A stretch of DNA of 64,000 nt from Planctomycetota bacterium (GCA_965223505.1 CBDCWP010000024.1:1-64000), one strand, 5' to 3'. Positions 28,309 through 37,529 are shown, counted from the first letter of the stretch. Numbers and translations are program-made. The notes: a model not told the origin generated them from the letters alone.

Positions 28309-29802
28309 CTAGAACGTTCCCTGCACGCCCAGGTACCAGACGTCGACGTCGTTGTTGGCGCCGGTGTTGTCGATGAAGTCGCTCGGGAAGAAGTGCGCCC
28401 ACTCGACGAACGCGACCCAGTGTCGGTCGATCGCGTACTTGAACATGATGTCCAGCTCGCTACCGATGGCCGTGTCGCTGTTCCCGACCGCGGGGACGCC
28501 GCGCAGCACGCCGCCCGCCGCGTTGTAGACCGCGTCGGTCTCCTCCGCGCGCCAGAACATGTGGTACCAGGTGGTGATGGTGACCTTCTCCCACGGCTTG
28601 ATCGACGCCTCGAGCCGGCCGGCGATGATGTTCTGCCGGCCGATCAGATCGGCGTGGCCGAGGTACTTGTGGCCCAGCGGGAACAGCTGGTTGAACGTGC
28701 CGCGGTCCGTGTCGTTCGGGTCGTCGTCGCCCGACGCGTAGTCGAACCCGACGGCGATGCGCGGATCCCAGCACTTGGTGCAAGGTTTCCAGCCGAACGT
28801 GCCCGAGAACATCCAGGCCGACACGTCGCCCGTGCCGTAGTCGCCGAACTGGTAGGCGGCCTCGGCGTCGTAGTCGAAGCGCGTGCCGCCGATCTTGCCG
28901 TCGATGCGGCCGCCGATGGTGAAGACATCCTGCTCAATGCGCGTCGCGGTCGCGTCATCTTGCAGGCCGAGCAGGTACGCCTCCCAGGTGAGGCACGTGA
29001 GACTCGTGTTCGTGTAGTTCACGCCCCAGAACGCCCGGTCGTCGTCCCAGTCGTCGTCGATCTCGTCGCGCTCGATTACGACGGGCCGCGTGTAGAAGGC
29101 TTCGGCTCGATGGTTGCCGCGCTTCCACCAGGCGCCGCCGCCCTGGAAGGTGCGGCGCGTGTTCGCCCAGTCCAGCGGCGACACGAGGCGCTGCTTGCCG
29201 AGCTGCAGCTCGCGCCGTCCGATCCAGCCGCCGACCTCGCCGCAGCCGAGATTGCCCTTGGCCTCGGCGAAGAGGTTCAAGATGTCGCCGCGGTTGATGT
29301 CGATGGGCCGGGCGCCGAGCTCGCGCTCCTCCCACTGATCCGCGTAGATGCCCTCGATGAAGACGCGGAAGTTGTCGCCGAAGTGGATGTCAGCGTGGGC
29401 ACGGACGCGCATCAGCATCCACGCGTCGTCGGCATCCGCCGGCGCGCCGAAGCCGATGTCGCCGAACGACTCCCAACGAAAGCGAATCTGCCCGCCGAAG
29501 TTCGCCCAGACGTTGCGGCCCATGATCGGCCGCGCCTTGAGCTTGTCCGACCAGTCGCCTTTGTCGCAGCAGTCCACGCACAGGCACGGACGCCAGTTCT
29601 CCATGAACCGCAGGTTGTGGTACTTCGGCGGACACGTGGGGTCCTTCGGCGTGCGGCACTCGCAACACGGATAGGGATCGCAAGGTGGACACGGCGGCGG
29701 CGCACAGCCGCACGGGTCCGGTTCTCCCGGCCCCGCCAACGCAGCCGGCGCGAACGCGACGAGCGCGATCACCGCAACGAACAAGTACGCAAGTCTGCCC
29801 AT
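28309..29802 (-). CDS. Alginate-export (AlgE-like) family outer-membrane porin with Cys-rich N-terminus
   Basis: Motifs GRRELQLGKQRLVSPLDWANTRRTF and DYASGD…TFNQLFPLGHKYLG, with C-terminal Phe. Signal peptide MGRLAYLF and GGAGG RBS. The ORF-track N-terminal extension is spurious. Confidence 0.85.
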   Translation of the reverse strand: MGRLAYLFVAVIALVAFAPAALAGPGEPDPCGCAPPPCPPCDPYPCCECRTPKDPTCPPKYHNLRFMENWRPCLCVDCCDKGDWSDKLKARPIMGRNVWANFGGQIRFRWESFGDIGFGAPADADDAWMLMRVRAHADIHFGDNFRVFIEGIYADQWEERELGARPIDINRGDILNLFAEAKGNLGCGEVGGWIGRRELQLGKQRLVSPLDWANTRRTFQGGGAWWKRGNHRAEAFYTRPVVIERDEIDDDWDDDRAFWGVNYTNTSLTCLTWEAYLLGLQDDATATRIEQDVFTIGGRIDGKIGGTRFDYDAEAAYQFGDYGTGDVSAWMFSGTFGWKPCTKCWDPRIAVGFDYASGDDDPNDTDRGTFNQLFPLGHKYLGHADLIGRQNIIAGRLEASIKPWEKVTITTWYHMFWRAEETDAVYNAAGGVLRGVPAVGNSDTAIGSELDIMFKYAIDRHWVAFVEWAHFFPSDFIDNTGANNDVDVWYLGVQGTF

Positions 29803-29867
29803 CTCATACCCTCCGCGGGTGCGCAGTGCGGTCCTCCCTGCCTGACGCCCCGTCGGCGGGCCCCTTA

Positions 29868-29883
29868 CGCACACCTCATGCCG
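29868..29883 (-). promoter_or_regulatory. Putative sigma54 promoter for the porin gene
   Basis: Minus strand CGGCATGAGGTGTGCG has GG-N10-GC spacing with a GGCATG -24 box, about 65 bp upstream of the ATG. Confidence 0.4.
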
Positions 29884-29979
29884 CATGGCTCCCAAAACCG
29901 GTCGGGCCCAATGGCCCCACCCGGGTGCATATCCACGTATGCCGCGGAGAAATCCGACGGAGGGTCGGGGAATTCCCCA

Positions 29980-30008
29980 CCGCTGATGCGACTGTGCCGC
30001 ATCAGCGG
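29980..30008. repeat. Perfect 11-bp inverted repeat (enhancer site or terminator)
   Basis: CCGCTGATGCG-actgtgc-CGCATCAGCGG lies 10 bp after the upstream gene's stop and has no U-tract. Confidence 0.6.
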
Positions 30009-30017
30009 CGAACGCGG

Positions 30018-31331
30018 TCAGTCGGGGAGGTACGTCTCCAGCCACACGCCCAGCGCCTCCACCTCGTCCTTCGTGCCGACGAGCGGCGGCATGGCCGCCC
30101 AGATCGTCGGCTTGTCGACCTCGGACTTGTGCATCACCAGGAGCATGACGCCCACCTGATTGCGGTCCCACCCGTCCATCAGATCGCGCACGCTCCGGTA
30201 CCCGTCCCGGGTGTGGCACACCGAGCACTGGCGGACGAACATCGCCTCGCCGCGCTCCAGCACCGATGCGTCGGCCAGACGCGCCGCGTCCCGCGTCGTG
30301 CGCAGGTAGCCGCTGGCGCGCAGTTCCTCGACCTCGTCCTTCCGAATTCCGTTCACGTACATCACGCCGCGCACGCCGTACGGCTTGCGCAAGATCTCGC
30401 GCACGTACTCGCCCGACGCGAACCCGAAGAACGCCAGCAGAACGATGCAGAGGCCTGCTGGGAACGGGAACCGCTTCGGCTTCGCCACGCTGATGAACAA
30501 CGTCACCACGAAGAGCAGCACGAAGACGACGCCACCATGCTTCCACATGGCATTGAGCAGCGGCACCGCCCCCTTCTGCGCGTCGAGCGAGCGCTCCAGC
30601 AGCGTCGTCACCTCGGCCGGGAAGACGGACTTCATCCAGAAGAAGCACGGCACGGCGATCGCGATCCCGATGGTCACCCAGCGCGCGGACCGCGCAATGA
30701 GGAGCCGCCGGCTCTCGGCGCTGCCGTGGCGGCCTGCTGTGAGCAGGCCGAAGCAGCCCGCGATCGCGACCGTCATTCCGATGCGCAGGATGCTCGACGG
30801 CACGTAGGTGGGATTGAACAGCCCCGACCAGAAGTTCTTGTTCTCGACCCAAGCACCCGGCGTCAGCATGAAGCTGAGAATCCCGTTGATGATCAACAGC
30901 GTGATGATGCTCGCGATCGCGTAGATCCATCCGACCGTCATGTGCCGCTTGGCATCGATGCGATCCCACGTCTTGTAGTAGACGATCGCGGCCGTCAGCT
31001 CGATGACGAAGAAGCACCACTCGGCCGCCCACGCCCATACGAACGTGCGAATCAGCAGGAAGGTGTTGTCGGGCGAGGCCAAGCCGATGACGAACCAAAT
31101 GCCGACACCGGAGAGCGCGCCGAACACGAGCGTCAGGAGCACGAAGAAACGGCTGTGCCGCTTCGCATGGTCGACGATCTCGGGGAGACGGGCCCTGCGC
31201 CCCCAACGTTCCGTCAGGATCAAGTACAAGCCGCCGCCGACCGCGAAGTGGGCGACGAAGACGTGGGTGACCGCGATGAGCGCGACCCACCCCGGAACAC
31301 CGATGCCCTCGGGTGCGAAGACCGGAAACAC
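30018..31331 (-). CDS. Cytochrome bd subunit-I-like membrane protein fused to a C-terminal cytochrome c
   Basis: HVFVAHFAVGGG in TM1, AAEWCFF, GEYVREILRKPY, about 9 TM segments, and C-terminal CSVCH…MPP. Confidence 0.78.
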   Translation of the reverse strand: MFPVFAPEGIGVPGWVALIAVTHVFVAHFAVGGGLYLILTERWGRRARLPEIVDHAKRHSRFFVLLTLVFGALSGVGIWFVIGLASPDNTFLLIRTFVWAWAAEWCFFVIELTAAIVYYKTWDRIDAKRHMTVGWIYAIASIITLLIINGILSFMLTPGAWVENKNFWSGLFNPTYVPSSILRIGMTVAIAGCFGLLTAGRHGSAESRRLLIARSARWVTIGIAIAVPCFFWMKSVFPAEVTTLLERSLDAQKGAVPLLNAMWKHGGVVFVLLFVVTLFISVAKPKRFPFPAGLCIVLLAFFGFASGEYVREILRKPYGVRGVMYVNGIRKDEVEELRASGYLRTTRDAARLADASVLERGEAMFVRQCSVCHTRDGYRSVRDLMDGWDRNQVGVMLLVMHKSEVDKPTIWAAMPPLVGTKDEVEALGVWLETYLPD

Positions 31332-32377
31332 TACGTCCTCCCGTCCGGATCACGCGCCGACATCGCCGTGCGGATCAGCCAACCCGTGACCGAGACCGCG
31401 ATGACGAGGCACACGGCGAAGAAGACGACCGGCCCGACGTCGGTCGCCGTCTCCGGCGCGGGGATGTCGGCAAGCCTTTTGTCGCGCATCGAGATGCGCA
31501 GGATCGCCTTGCAGACCAGCGTCACGGCGCCGAAGATCACCGCCATCGTCACGAGCTTGCGCGTCGGCTTCTTGTATGCGGCGAGCCACATGTGCCCGAC
31601 GGTCGCGAAGCCGAACAGGATCCCCATCCCCAGCGAGGCGCCCGGCGCGGCGCCACCGACGGCCTTCGGGTCCTTGATGAGCGTGCAGATGCCGCCGAGC
31701 ATGCCGATCGCCGTCATCAGGATCGCGACGTTGGCCGCGCGCTTCATCATCCCGGCGCCGGCCGCTTCGTCCTCGGTGCGCTCGCGGTAGCCCACGACGA
31801 GCAGGTACAGGCTGCCCAAGGCGACGGCGCCGAGCAGCTCGTGGAACCAGCGGGAGATCACGCCGGTCTGCATGACGGCGAGGTTCCAGCCCGTCTCCGT
31901 GAGCCCCTCCATCACCGCGGGTCTCTCGGACAACGCGACGTTGGCCGCCAGCACGAAGGAGAAGACCGCGAGCGAGATCAACAGGCTCCAGCGCATCCAC
32001 GCCGGCGCGTCACGGCCCTTGGACAACCGCGCGTCGCCGGCGTACGCGGCGTAGTAGCCCACCATCAGGACGAGCAGGGACAGCAGCCACGGCCAGGCCA
32101 TGTAGATGGACGAGCTGTAGAAGCGCTCCCCGTGCACGAGCTGCAGGAACAGCAGCGGCGCGACGCCGAGCGTCACCGTGATGGAGAACACGGGCGGAAT
32201 CGCCGCGGCCATGCGCCGTTGGATCGTGACCTGGGACGGCTTCGTGGTCGCCAGATGGAACGCGGATCCCACGAGGACGTTCATCGCCGCCCAATGGAGA
32301 AACAGCGTGAGGACGTGCAGCAAGGTGATGAGCCAGAGCGGCGAGGGCACCGGCTCCGCGGCCGCGAGGGAGTGCAT
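31331..32377 (-). CDS. Polytopic membrane protein, degenerate bd-like subunit
   Basis: Motifs LFLHWAAMN, ITVTLGVAPLLFLQLV.G and RWFH. Many TM segments. Translationally coupled to the downstream gene. Confidence 0.7.
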   Translation of the reverse strand: MHSLAAAEPVPSPLWLITLLHVLTLFLHWAAMNVLVGSAFHLATTKPSQVTIQRRMAAAIPPVFSITVTLGVAPLLFLQLVHGERFYSSSIYMAWPWLLSLLVLMVGYYAAYAGDARLSKGRDAPAWMRWSLLISLAVFSFVLAANVALSERPAVMEGLTETGWNLAVMQTGVISRWFHELLGAVALGSLYLLVVGYRERTEDEAAGAGMMKRAANVAILMTAIGMLGGICTLIKDPKAVGGAAPGASLGMGILFGFATVGHMWLAAYKKPTRKLVTMAVIFGAVTLVCKAILRISMRDKRLADIPAPETATDVGPVVFFAVCLVIAVSVTGWLIRTAMSARDPDGRT

Positions 32378-32416
32378 GGCGGGATCCTACTCGATCCGCG
32401 TACGAGCGTGAGGACG

Positions 32417-33823
32417 CTACCGGACGTCCTGCTTGTACTTCTTCCGGAACTTCTCCTGGATGCGCTTCATCATGTCGGCCGGGAGGCCGCCGCTGCGCCA
32501 TTTGTGCTCAGGCCGCTCGAGGATCTCCTTGACCTTCGCTTCGATCTCCTCGTCGCCTTCGGCCTCGTGATGCACCTCGTCGAGGAACTTGGTGTAGAAG
32601 TTCTCGGCGACCTCGAAGAAGCCGTGCCACTGGGTGTAGTCCGGCCCCTGCATCGACGCGCCGTGGCGCGCTCGGCGCCCCTCGTGGTGCCAGAGGCGGA
32701 ACCAGACGAACTCGATCTCCTCGTCGAAGGGCTGCGGTGTCAGCTTCTCCTTCTTGTAGAGCAGGTTCATGAGCGCCGCGCCCGGCTTGGCGAACTTGGT
32801 GTTGTAGAGCTCCACCGCGCCGTCGAACTGCTTGTAGAAGTTCTCGTAGAAGCTGCGGATGTGGCACGACGCGCACACCTCCTGCATGTTCTGCTTCTTC
32901 TTCTCCCAGTTCTCCTGGCGCTTCGAGATCGGCGGACGCAGCGTCCAGCTCAAGCGCTTGCCGGGGTCGTGCGTGATGGGCTGCGTCTTGGTCGCGCTCA
33001 TGTGGCACGTGGCGCAGGTCGGCGCCGCGTGATAGTCCACGCCCGCGACCCAGTGCGGGCTCTCGAGGTTCATCTTGTCGATGTTGGCGTAGAACGCGAT
33101 GCCGTGCTTCGACTCGTCGTAGATCTCCTTCTGCGGATGGTCCGGCCCCATGTGGCACTTGCCGCAGTTGTCGGGCATGCGCGCCATGCGCCGCGAGAAC
33201 GAGTGGCGGCTGTGGCATGCCGAGCAGGCGCCCTGGGTGCCGTCCAGGTTGAGCCGGCCGACGCCCGTGTTGGGCCACGTCATCGGATCGAAGCGCGGCG
33301 CGCCGCTGTCCCGACGCAGGACCTCGCCGTTCTCGTCCTTGAGCAGCTTGATGGTCGAACCGTGGCACTGCCAGCAGCCGTTGGCGGCCGCCATCGGCCC
33401 TTCCGCGAACTCACCGAGCACGTTGTCGAGCGAGGCCATGATCTCACCGGCGTGTGAGTGGTGGCTGGACTGGAACTCGTCGACGACCTCCTTGTGACAG
33501 CGCGCGCAGTCGGCGGGCGTGACGATCGTGGCGATCGTGTAGCCCTCGTGCCGGAACGCGTCGAGGTCGCCTTCCTCGGCCTGGTGGCACTCGATGCAGC
33601 CGACGCCCTTGATGCCGTGCGTGGAGTGCTCCCATTGCTGCACGATCACCGGCGTCTGGACGCGGTGGCAGTCCGTGCAGCCCTTGTTGTGCTCGGTGAT
33701 GACCGCCGGCGGCTCCGCCTCTTCGCGAATCGTGGCGGCTTCTCGATAGGACACGACGAGCAGCATCCCGAGGAGCAGCAATCCGAGGATCGCGATGACG
33801 ATGTTCTTCTGATTCAACGACAT
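32417..33823 (-). CDS. Octaheme hydroxylamine-oxidoreductase (HAO)-family cytochrome c
   Basis: Eight CxxCH motifs (CTDCH, CIECH, CARCH, CWQCH, CSACH, CGKCH, CATCH, CASCH). Also GPDHPQKEIY..SKHG and WHHEGRRARHG…PDYTQWHG, with an N-terminal TM. Confidence 0.9.
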   Translation of the reverse strand: MSLNQKNIVIAILGLLLLGMLLVVSYREAATIREEAEPPAVITEHNKGCTDCHRVQTPVIVQQWEHSTHGIKGVGCIECHQAEEGDLDAFRHEGYTIATIVTPADCARCHKEVVDEFQSSHHSHAGEIMASLDNVLGEFAEGPMAAANGCWQCHGSTIKLLKDENGEVLRRDSGAPRFDPMTWPNTGVGRLNLDGTQGACSACHSRHSFSRRMARMPDNCGKCHMGPDHPQKEIYDESKHGIAFYANIDKMNLESPHWVAGVDYHAAPTCATCHMSATKTQPITHDPGKRLSWTLRPPISKRQENWEKKKQNMQEVCASCHIRSFYENFYKQFDGAVELYNTKFAKPGAALMNLLYKKEKLTPQPFDEEIEFVWFRLWHHEGRRARHGASMQGPDYTQWHGFFEVAENFYTKFLDEVHHEAEGDEEIEAKVKEILERPEHKWRSGGLPADMMKRIQEKFRKKYKQDVR

Positions 33824-33845
33824 GCGGACTGTCTCCGAGCAGGCG

Positions 33846-34907
33846 TCAGGAGAACGCCTCCCAAACTGTGAGCCAGACGAGAATGACGACCACCGCGCAG
33901 CCGATCCACACGGAGATCTCGGACGACGGGTTCTTCTTGCGAATGCGCCCGTCGATGAACGGCCAGACGGCGACCAGGAAGCCGAACAGGCCGAGGGTGA
34001 TCATGGCGGCCGTGAGGCCCATGAGCTTGAGCGTGCGGAACGTGAAGAAGAGGTACCACTCGGGCTTCACGTGCGCAGGCGTCGTCGTCGGGTCGGCCGC
34101 CTCGCGCAGCGGCGCGGGCACGAGCAACGCGAGAGCGCAGAGCAGAATCGTGACGACCATCGCGATGATCAGCTCGGTCTTCACGTGGCTCGGGAAGAAC
34201 GGATATGTCTTGCTCGGCACGCCCGTGTCCCAGCGGCGCACGTCCGCGACGCCGTGCAGTCGAATGAGCGCGAGGTGCGCGATGAGGAGCAGGAACATCA
34301 GCGTCGGCAGCACGCCGATGTGGAAGACGAAGAGGCGCGAGATGGTCGCGTCGCCGTTCTCGGGCCCCCCCAGCACCAGCTCGCGCAACCCCTCGCCGAC
34401 GACCGGCGCCTGCGACATGAGCTCGCCGGCGACGTTGACGCCCCAGAACGTGTTCTGATCGCGGATCAGCGAGTAGCCCGTGAAGCCCATCATCATCGTG
34501 ATGAAGAGCAGGCCGCAGCCGATGATCCACGAGAGCTCCCGCGGCTTGCGATACGCGCCGGTCACGAAGACGCGCACCATGTGCATCAGCACCGTGAGGA
34601 TCATCAGGTGGGCGGCCCAGTGATGCAGCGACCGCAGCCACCAGCCGTAGGGCACGTCGTTCGTAATGCGCGCCACGCTCTCGTAGGCCTGCGCCGAGTC
34701 GGCCCGGTAGTGGAACGTGAGCATGATCCCGGTGATGACCTGCACGAGCAGCAAGAACAGCGGCGTACCACCGAGGCAGTACCAATAGCTGTGTAGGTGG
34801 TCCGGAATCGCTTCGTTCAGGCCCGACTTGATCTTGGTCGGGTCGACGGGAATGCGCGATCGGAAGAAGCCCTTCACGCCCTTGGTTTCCGGGGTCTCGC
34901 TGCTCAC
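33846..34907 (-). CDS. Cytochrome b of a Rieske/cyt b complex (fused b6 + subunit IV)
   Basis: Heme-ligand helices SLHHWAAHLMILTVLMH and FHIGVLP…AH, plus FTGYSL and the PEWY motif. Confidence 0.9.
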   Translation of the reverse strand: MSSETPETKGVKGFFRSRIPVDPTKIKSGLNEAIPDHLHSYWYCLGGTPLFLLLVQVITGIMLTFHYRADSAQAYESVARITNDVPYGWWLRSLHHWAAHLMILTVLMHMVRVFVTGAYRKPRELSWIIGCGLLFITMMMGFTGYSLIRDQNTFWGVNVAGELMSQAPVVGEGLRELVLGGPENGDATISRLFVFHIGVLPTLMFLLLIAHLALIRLHGVADVRRWDTGVPSKTYPFFPSHVKTELIIAMVVTILLCALALLVPAPLREAADPTTTPAHVKPEWYLFFTFRTLKLMGLTAAMITLGLFGFLVAVWPFIDGRIRKKNPSSEISVWIGCAVVVILVWLTVWEAFS

Positions 34908-35404
34908 GAGACACGCTCCGTCCAGCGGACGTAGAGCGCGCCCTCGCGCAGCACGAGATCGACCCGGGTGAGGGACTGGCCGGCGTCGGCTGGGGGTCCC
35001 GAGAACGCCTTGCCGTCGGGTCCGAACAGGCCTTCATGGCAGGGACAGCGGAAGTAGCCGTCCTTCTTGCGCTCGTCGGTCTCGCCCTCCTTCGCGGCCT
35101 CCCACGAAACGCGGCAGGCCAGGTGCGGACAGACGTTCGAGAAGCCGGCGTACTCTTCGCCCAGCTTCTTCACCTGGACCCTCCGCTTGTCCGGCAGGAC
35201 GACCTCGAGCGTGCCGCCGTCCGGCACCTGGCTGGTGAACGCGAGGAAGGTCTCCCGCTCGCGCACGCGCTCTTCCGGCACGATGTACGCGGCGATGTGA
35301 TGGACCCCGGCGGCGGCGCCGGCACCGATGGCGCCGACAGCCAGCCCGGTCCCGATGACGTCTCGGCGCGTCTTGCCCTCGTCGCCCGCTCTATCGTCCG
35401 GCAA
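34904..35404 (-). CDS. Rieske 2Fe-2S protein (Tat-exported)
   Basis: CPHLAC and CPCH boxes, and twin-arginine TRRDV followed by a TM. TTG start at 35404 inferred from the upstream GGAGG. Confidence 0.88.
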   Translation of the reverse strand: MPDDRAGDEGKTRRDVIGTGLAVGAIGAGAAAGVHHIAAYIVPEERVRERETFLAFTSQVPDGGTLEVVLPDKRRVQVKKLGEEYAGFSNVCPHLACRVSWEAAKEGETDERKKDGYFRCPCHEGLFGPDGKAFSGPPADAGQSLTRVDLVLREGALYVRWTERVS

Positions 35405-35438
35405 AGGATGCCCCTCCGCTTCCAAGCCTCGAACCTTC

Positions 35439-35454
35439 TGCCAATGCCGTGCCG
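35439..35454 (-). promoter_or_regulatory. Putative sigma54 promoter of the Rieske-cyt b-HAO operon
   Basis: Minus strand CGGCACGGCATTGGCA has a near-consensus GGCACG -24 box and GG-N10-GC spacing, 35 bp upstream of the TTG start. Confidence 0.5.
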
Positions 35455-35786
35455 CACAAGCTATGCACCCGCGACCGTGAAAACTCAAACGCTATGTCGT
35501 GAACGGGCGCGTTTCCCGGTCGGCGCGTCCGCATCCTGCGGACGGTTCCCCACCGGGTGCGCGACTCCCCTCCCCCCCCCGCTGTGGGCGAGCGGGCGGC
35601 TGAAGGCGCGGCGCACGCCCCAGCCGTCGGGACGCGCCGGCCCCCGCGACCCGCGTGGCGGAACCGCCTACCTTCGCACTTACGCTCGGCCGTTTGAGCC
35701 CCAGGAAGGGTGCGGGATCAGCCGACCAATGAGAGGATCGTCGCCCGCCCGGCGGGCGCCGGGCCGCCCCGAATCGGAGACTCCCC

Positions 35787-36632
35787 ATGGCGCCTCGCAC
35801 CAGTTGGAAAGGACACGTGCAGCTGGGCCTGGTCTCGGTGCCCGTGAAGGCGTTCACGGCGAACAACACGAGCGAGACCATCCGGCTCAATCAGCTGCAC
35901 AAAGAGTGCAACCAGCGCGTGCGCTACAAGAAGGTCTGTCCGGAGCACGGCGAGCTCAAGCAGTCGGACATCGTCAGCGGGTATGAGTACACCAAGGACA
36001 GCTACGTCATCATCGATCCGGACGAGTTGGCCAAGATTCGCAGCCAGTCCGACCGCTCCATCAGCGTCGAAGGTTTCGTGAAGTCGGAGGAGGTCGATCC
36101 GATCTTCCACGCCGGCAAGACATATTACCTGCTGCCCGACGGCGTGGCCGGCAACCGCCCCTACGCGCTTCTGGCGCGCGGCATGTCCGAAGCGGGCGTG
36201 AACGCGATCGCGCGGATCGTCATCTCTCGCCGCGGGCAGCTCGTGCTGCTGCGTCCGTCCGACGGCATGCTCGTCATGACGATGCTCAACTACGCGAAGA
36301 CGGTGAAGGCGGCCGACGAGTTCAAGAAGGAGCTCTCGGCGGAAGAGACCACCGACGACGAGATGGCGTTGACGAGCACTCTCATCAAGGCCTCCACCAT
36401 CGACGACTTCGACATCGAGAATTACGAAGACGCGTACGCCGAAAACCTCAAGAAGCTGATTCAGATGAAGCTGGACGGCGAAGAGATCGTGCAGGCGGCC
36501 GAGCCCGAGGAGCCGAAGATCGTCAACCTCATGGAGGCGCTCAAGCAGAGCGTCGCCGAGGCGCAGGCCCAGCGGAAGATGGCGCCGTCGGTCAAGGGCA
36601 AGAAGAAGAAGTCCGCCAAGAAGACCGGATAG
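35787..36632 (+). CDS. ku: NHEJ Ku protein
   Basis: SWKGHVQLGLVSVPVK, RVRYKKVCP, YYLLPD and IVNLMEALKQS motifs with a basic tail. GGAG RBS. Confidence 0.95.
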   Translation: MAPRTSWKGHVQLGLVSVPVKAFTANNTSETIRLNQLHKECNQRVRYKKVCPEHGELKQSDIVSGYEYTKDSYVIIDPDELAKIRSQSDRSISVEGFVKSEEVDPIFHAGKTYYLLPDGVAGNRPYALLARGMSEAGVNAIARIVISRRGQLVLLRPSDGMLVMTMLNYAKTVKAADEFKKELSAEETTDDEMALTSTLIKASTIDDFDIENYEDAYAENLKKLIQMKLDGEEIVQAAEPEEPKIVNLMEALKQSVAEAQAQRKMAPSVKGKKKKSAKKTG

Positions 36633-36641
36633 CGCGCGCAC

Positions 36642-37529
36642 GTGTCACCGGACACGCCCTCCCTGCCGGACTTCATCCCGCCCATGCTCGCCAAGATCGG
36701 TGAGCCGTTCGACTCCGGTGAGCACCTCTTCGAGCTCAAGTGGGACGGCTTCCGCGGGCAGGCGCTCATCGAGCACGGGGGGTACCGGCTGCTCAGCCGC
36801 CAGCGGACCCCCTTCACGCTCACCTATCCGGAGCTCGGCTTTCTGCACGCGCTCCCGTCCGGCCTGGCGCTCGACGGCGAGCTGGTGCTGCTCAAGGACG
36901 GTAGGCCGAGCTTCGAGAGCATGCTGCAAGGCGACCAGGGACCCGTGACGTACGTCGTCTTCGACGTCATGTACCGCGACTTCGACTCCCTGATGGACCG
37001 GCCGCTCTCGGAGCGACGCAAGCACCTCGTCGAGGTCGTCGAGGCGGCCGACAACCCGCGCCTGGTGCTTTCCGACGGCGTCGTCGGCGACGGTCTCGCG
37101 TTCTTCGAGCAGGTGCGCGAGCGCCGGTTCGAGGGCATGGTCGCCAAGCGGCTCGACAGCACCTACGAGTGCGGTCTGCGAACGGGCGCGTGGACGAAGA
37201 TCAAGGAGACGAAGACGATCCTCTGCGCGATTCTCGGCTACGCCGTGGACGACGCGGGCGGACTCAAGAGCCTGATCATCGCCACGAACGACGAAGAAGG
37301 CCTGCGGTGCGTAGGCAAGGTCGGCTCGGGGCTCTCGCTGGCCATGGTGGAGAAGCTGAAGTCGTTGTGCGACGCGCGGCCCGCCGAGGAGCCGCTGGTC
37401 GCGTGCGACATGGAGGGGCGCTGGGTTGCTCCGGGGCTCTACTGCAAAGTACGCTACAACGAACGCACCTCGACGGGCATGCTCCGGGCGCCCGTCTTTC
37501 GCGAGCTGATCACCGACGAATCCGAATGA
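36642..37529 (+). CDS. Stand-alone ATP-dependent DNA ligase (LigD ligase-type domain + OB fold)
   Basis: PMLA, ELKWDGFR (adenylated Lys), LDGEL, VFDV, EGMVAKR, WTKIK, VGKVGSG and LRAPVF. Confidence 0.9.
   Translation: MSPDTPSLPDFIPPMLAKIGEPFDSGEHLFELKWDGFRGQALIEHGGYRLLSRQRTPFTLTYPELGFLHALPSGLALDGELVLLKDGRPSFESMLQGDQGPVTYVVFDVMYRDFDSLMDRPLSERRKHLVEVVEAADNPRLVLSDGVVGDGLAFFEQVRERRFEGMVAKRLDSTYECGLRTGAWTKIKETKTILCAILGYAVDDAGGLKSLIIATNDEEGLRCVGKVGSGLSLAMVEKLKSLCDARPAEEPLVACDMEGRWVAPGLYCKVRYNERTSTGMLRAPVFRELITDESE

Noticed and set aside
29803..31353. Apparent 1014-aa porin fusion in the ORF track
   Set aside because: The N-terminal half is an off-frame read of the bd-like gene. The RBS and signal peptide place the real start at 29802.
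32417..33823. HAO as a marker of ammonia oxidation or anammox
   Set aside because: No amo, cycAB or hzs genes are in the window, and the motif suggests a non-cross-linked reductive member.
35567..35660. C-rich tract and GC-rich intergenic stretch between Rieske and ku as an ncRNA, phase-variation tract or G-quadruplex
   Set aside because: It is a single short run with no recognisable RNA family features. There is not enough evidence.
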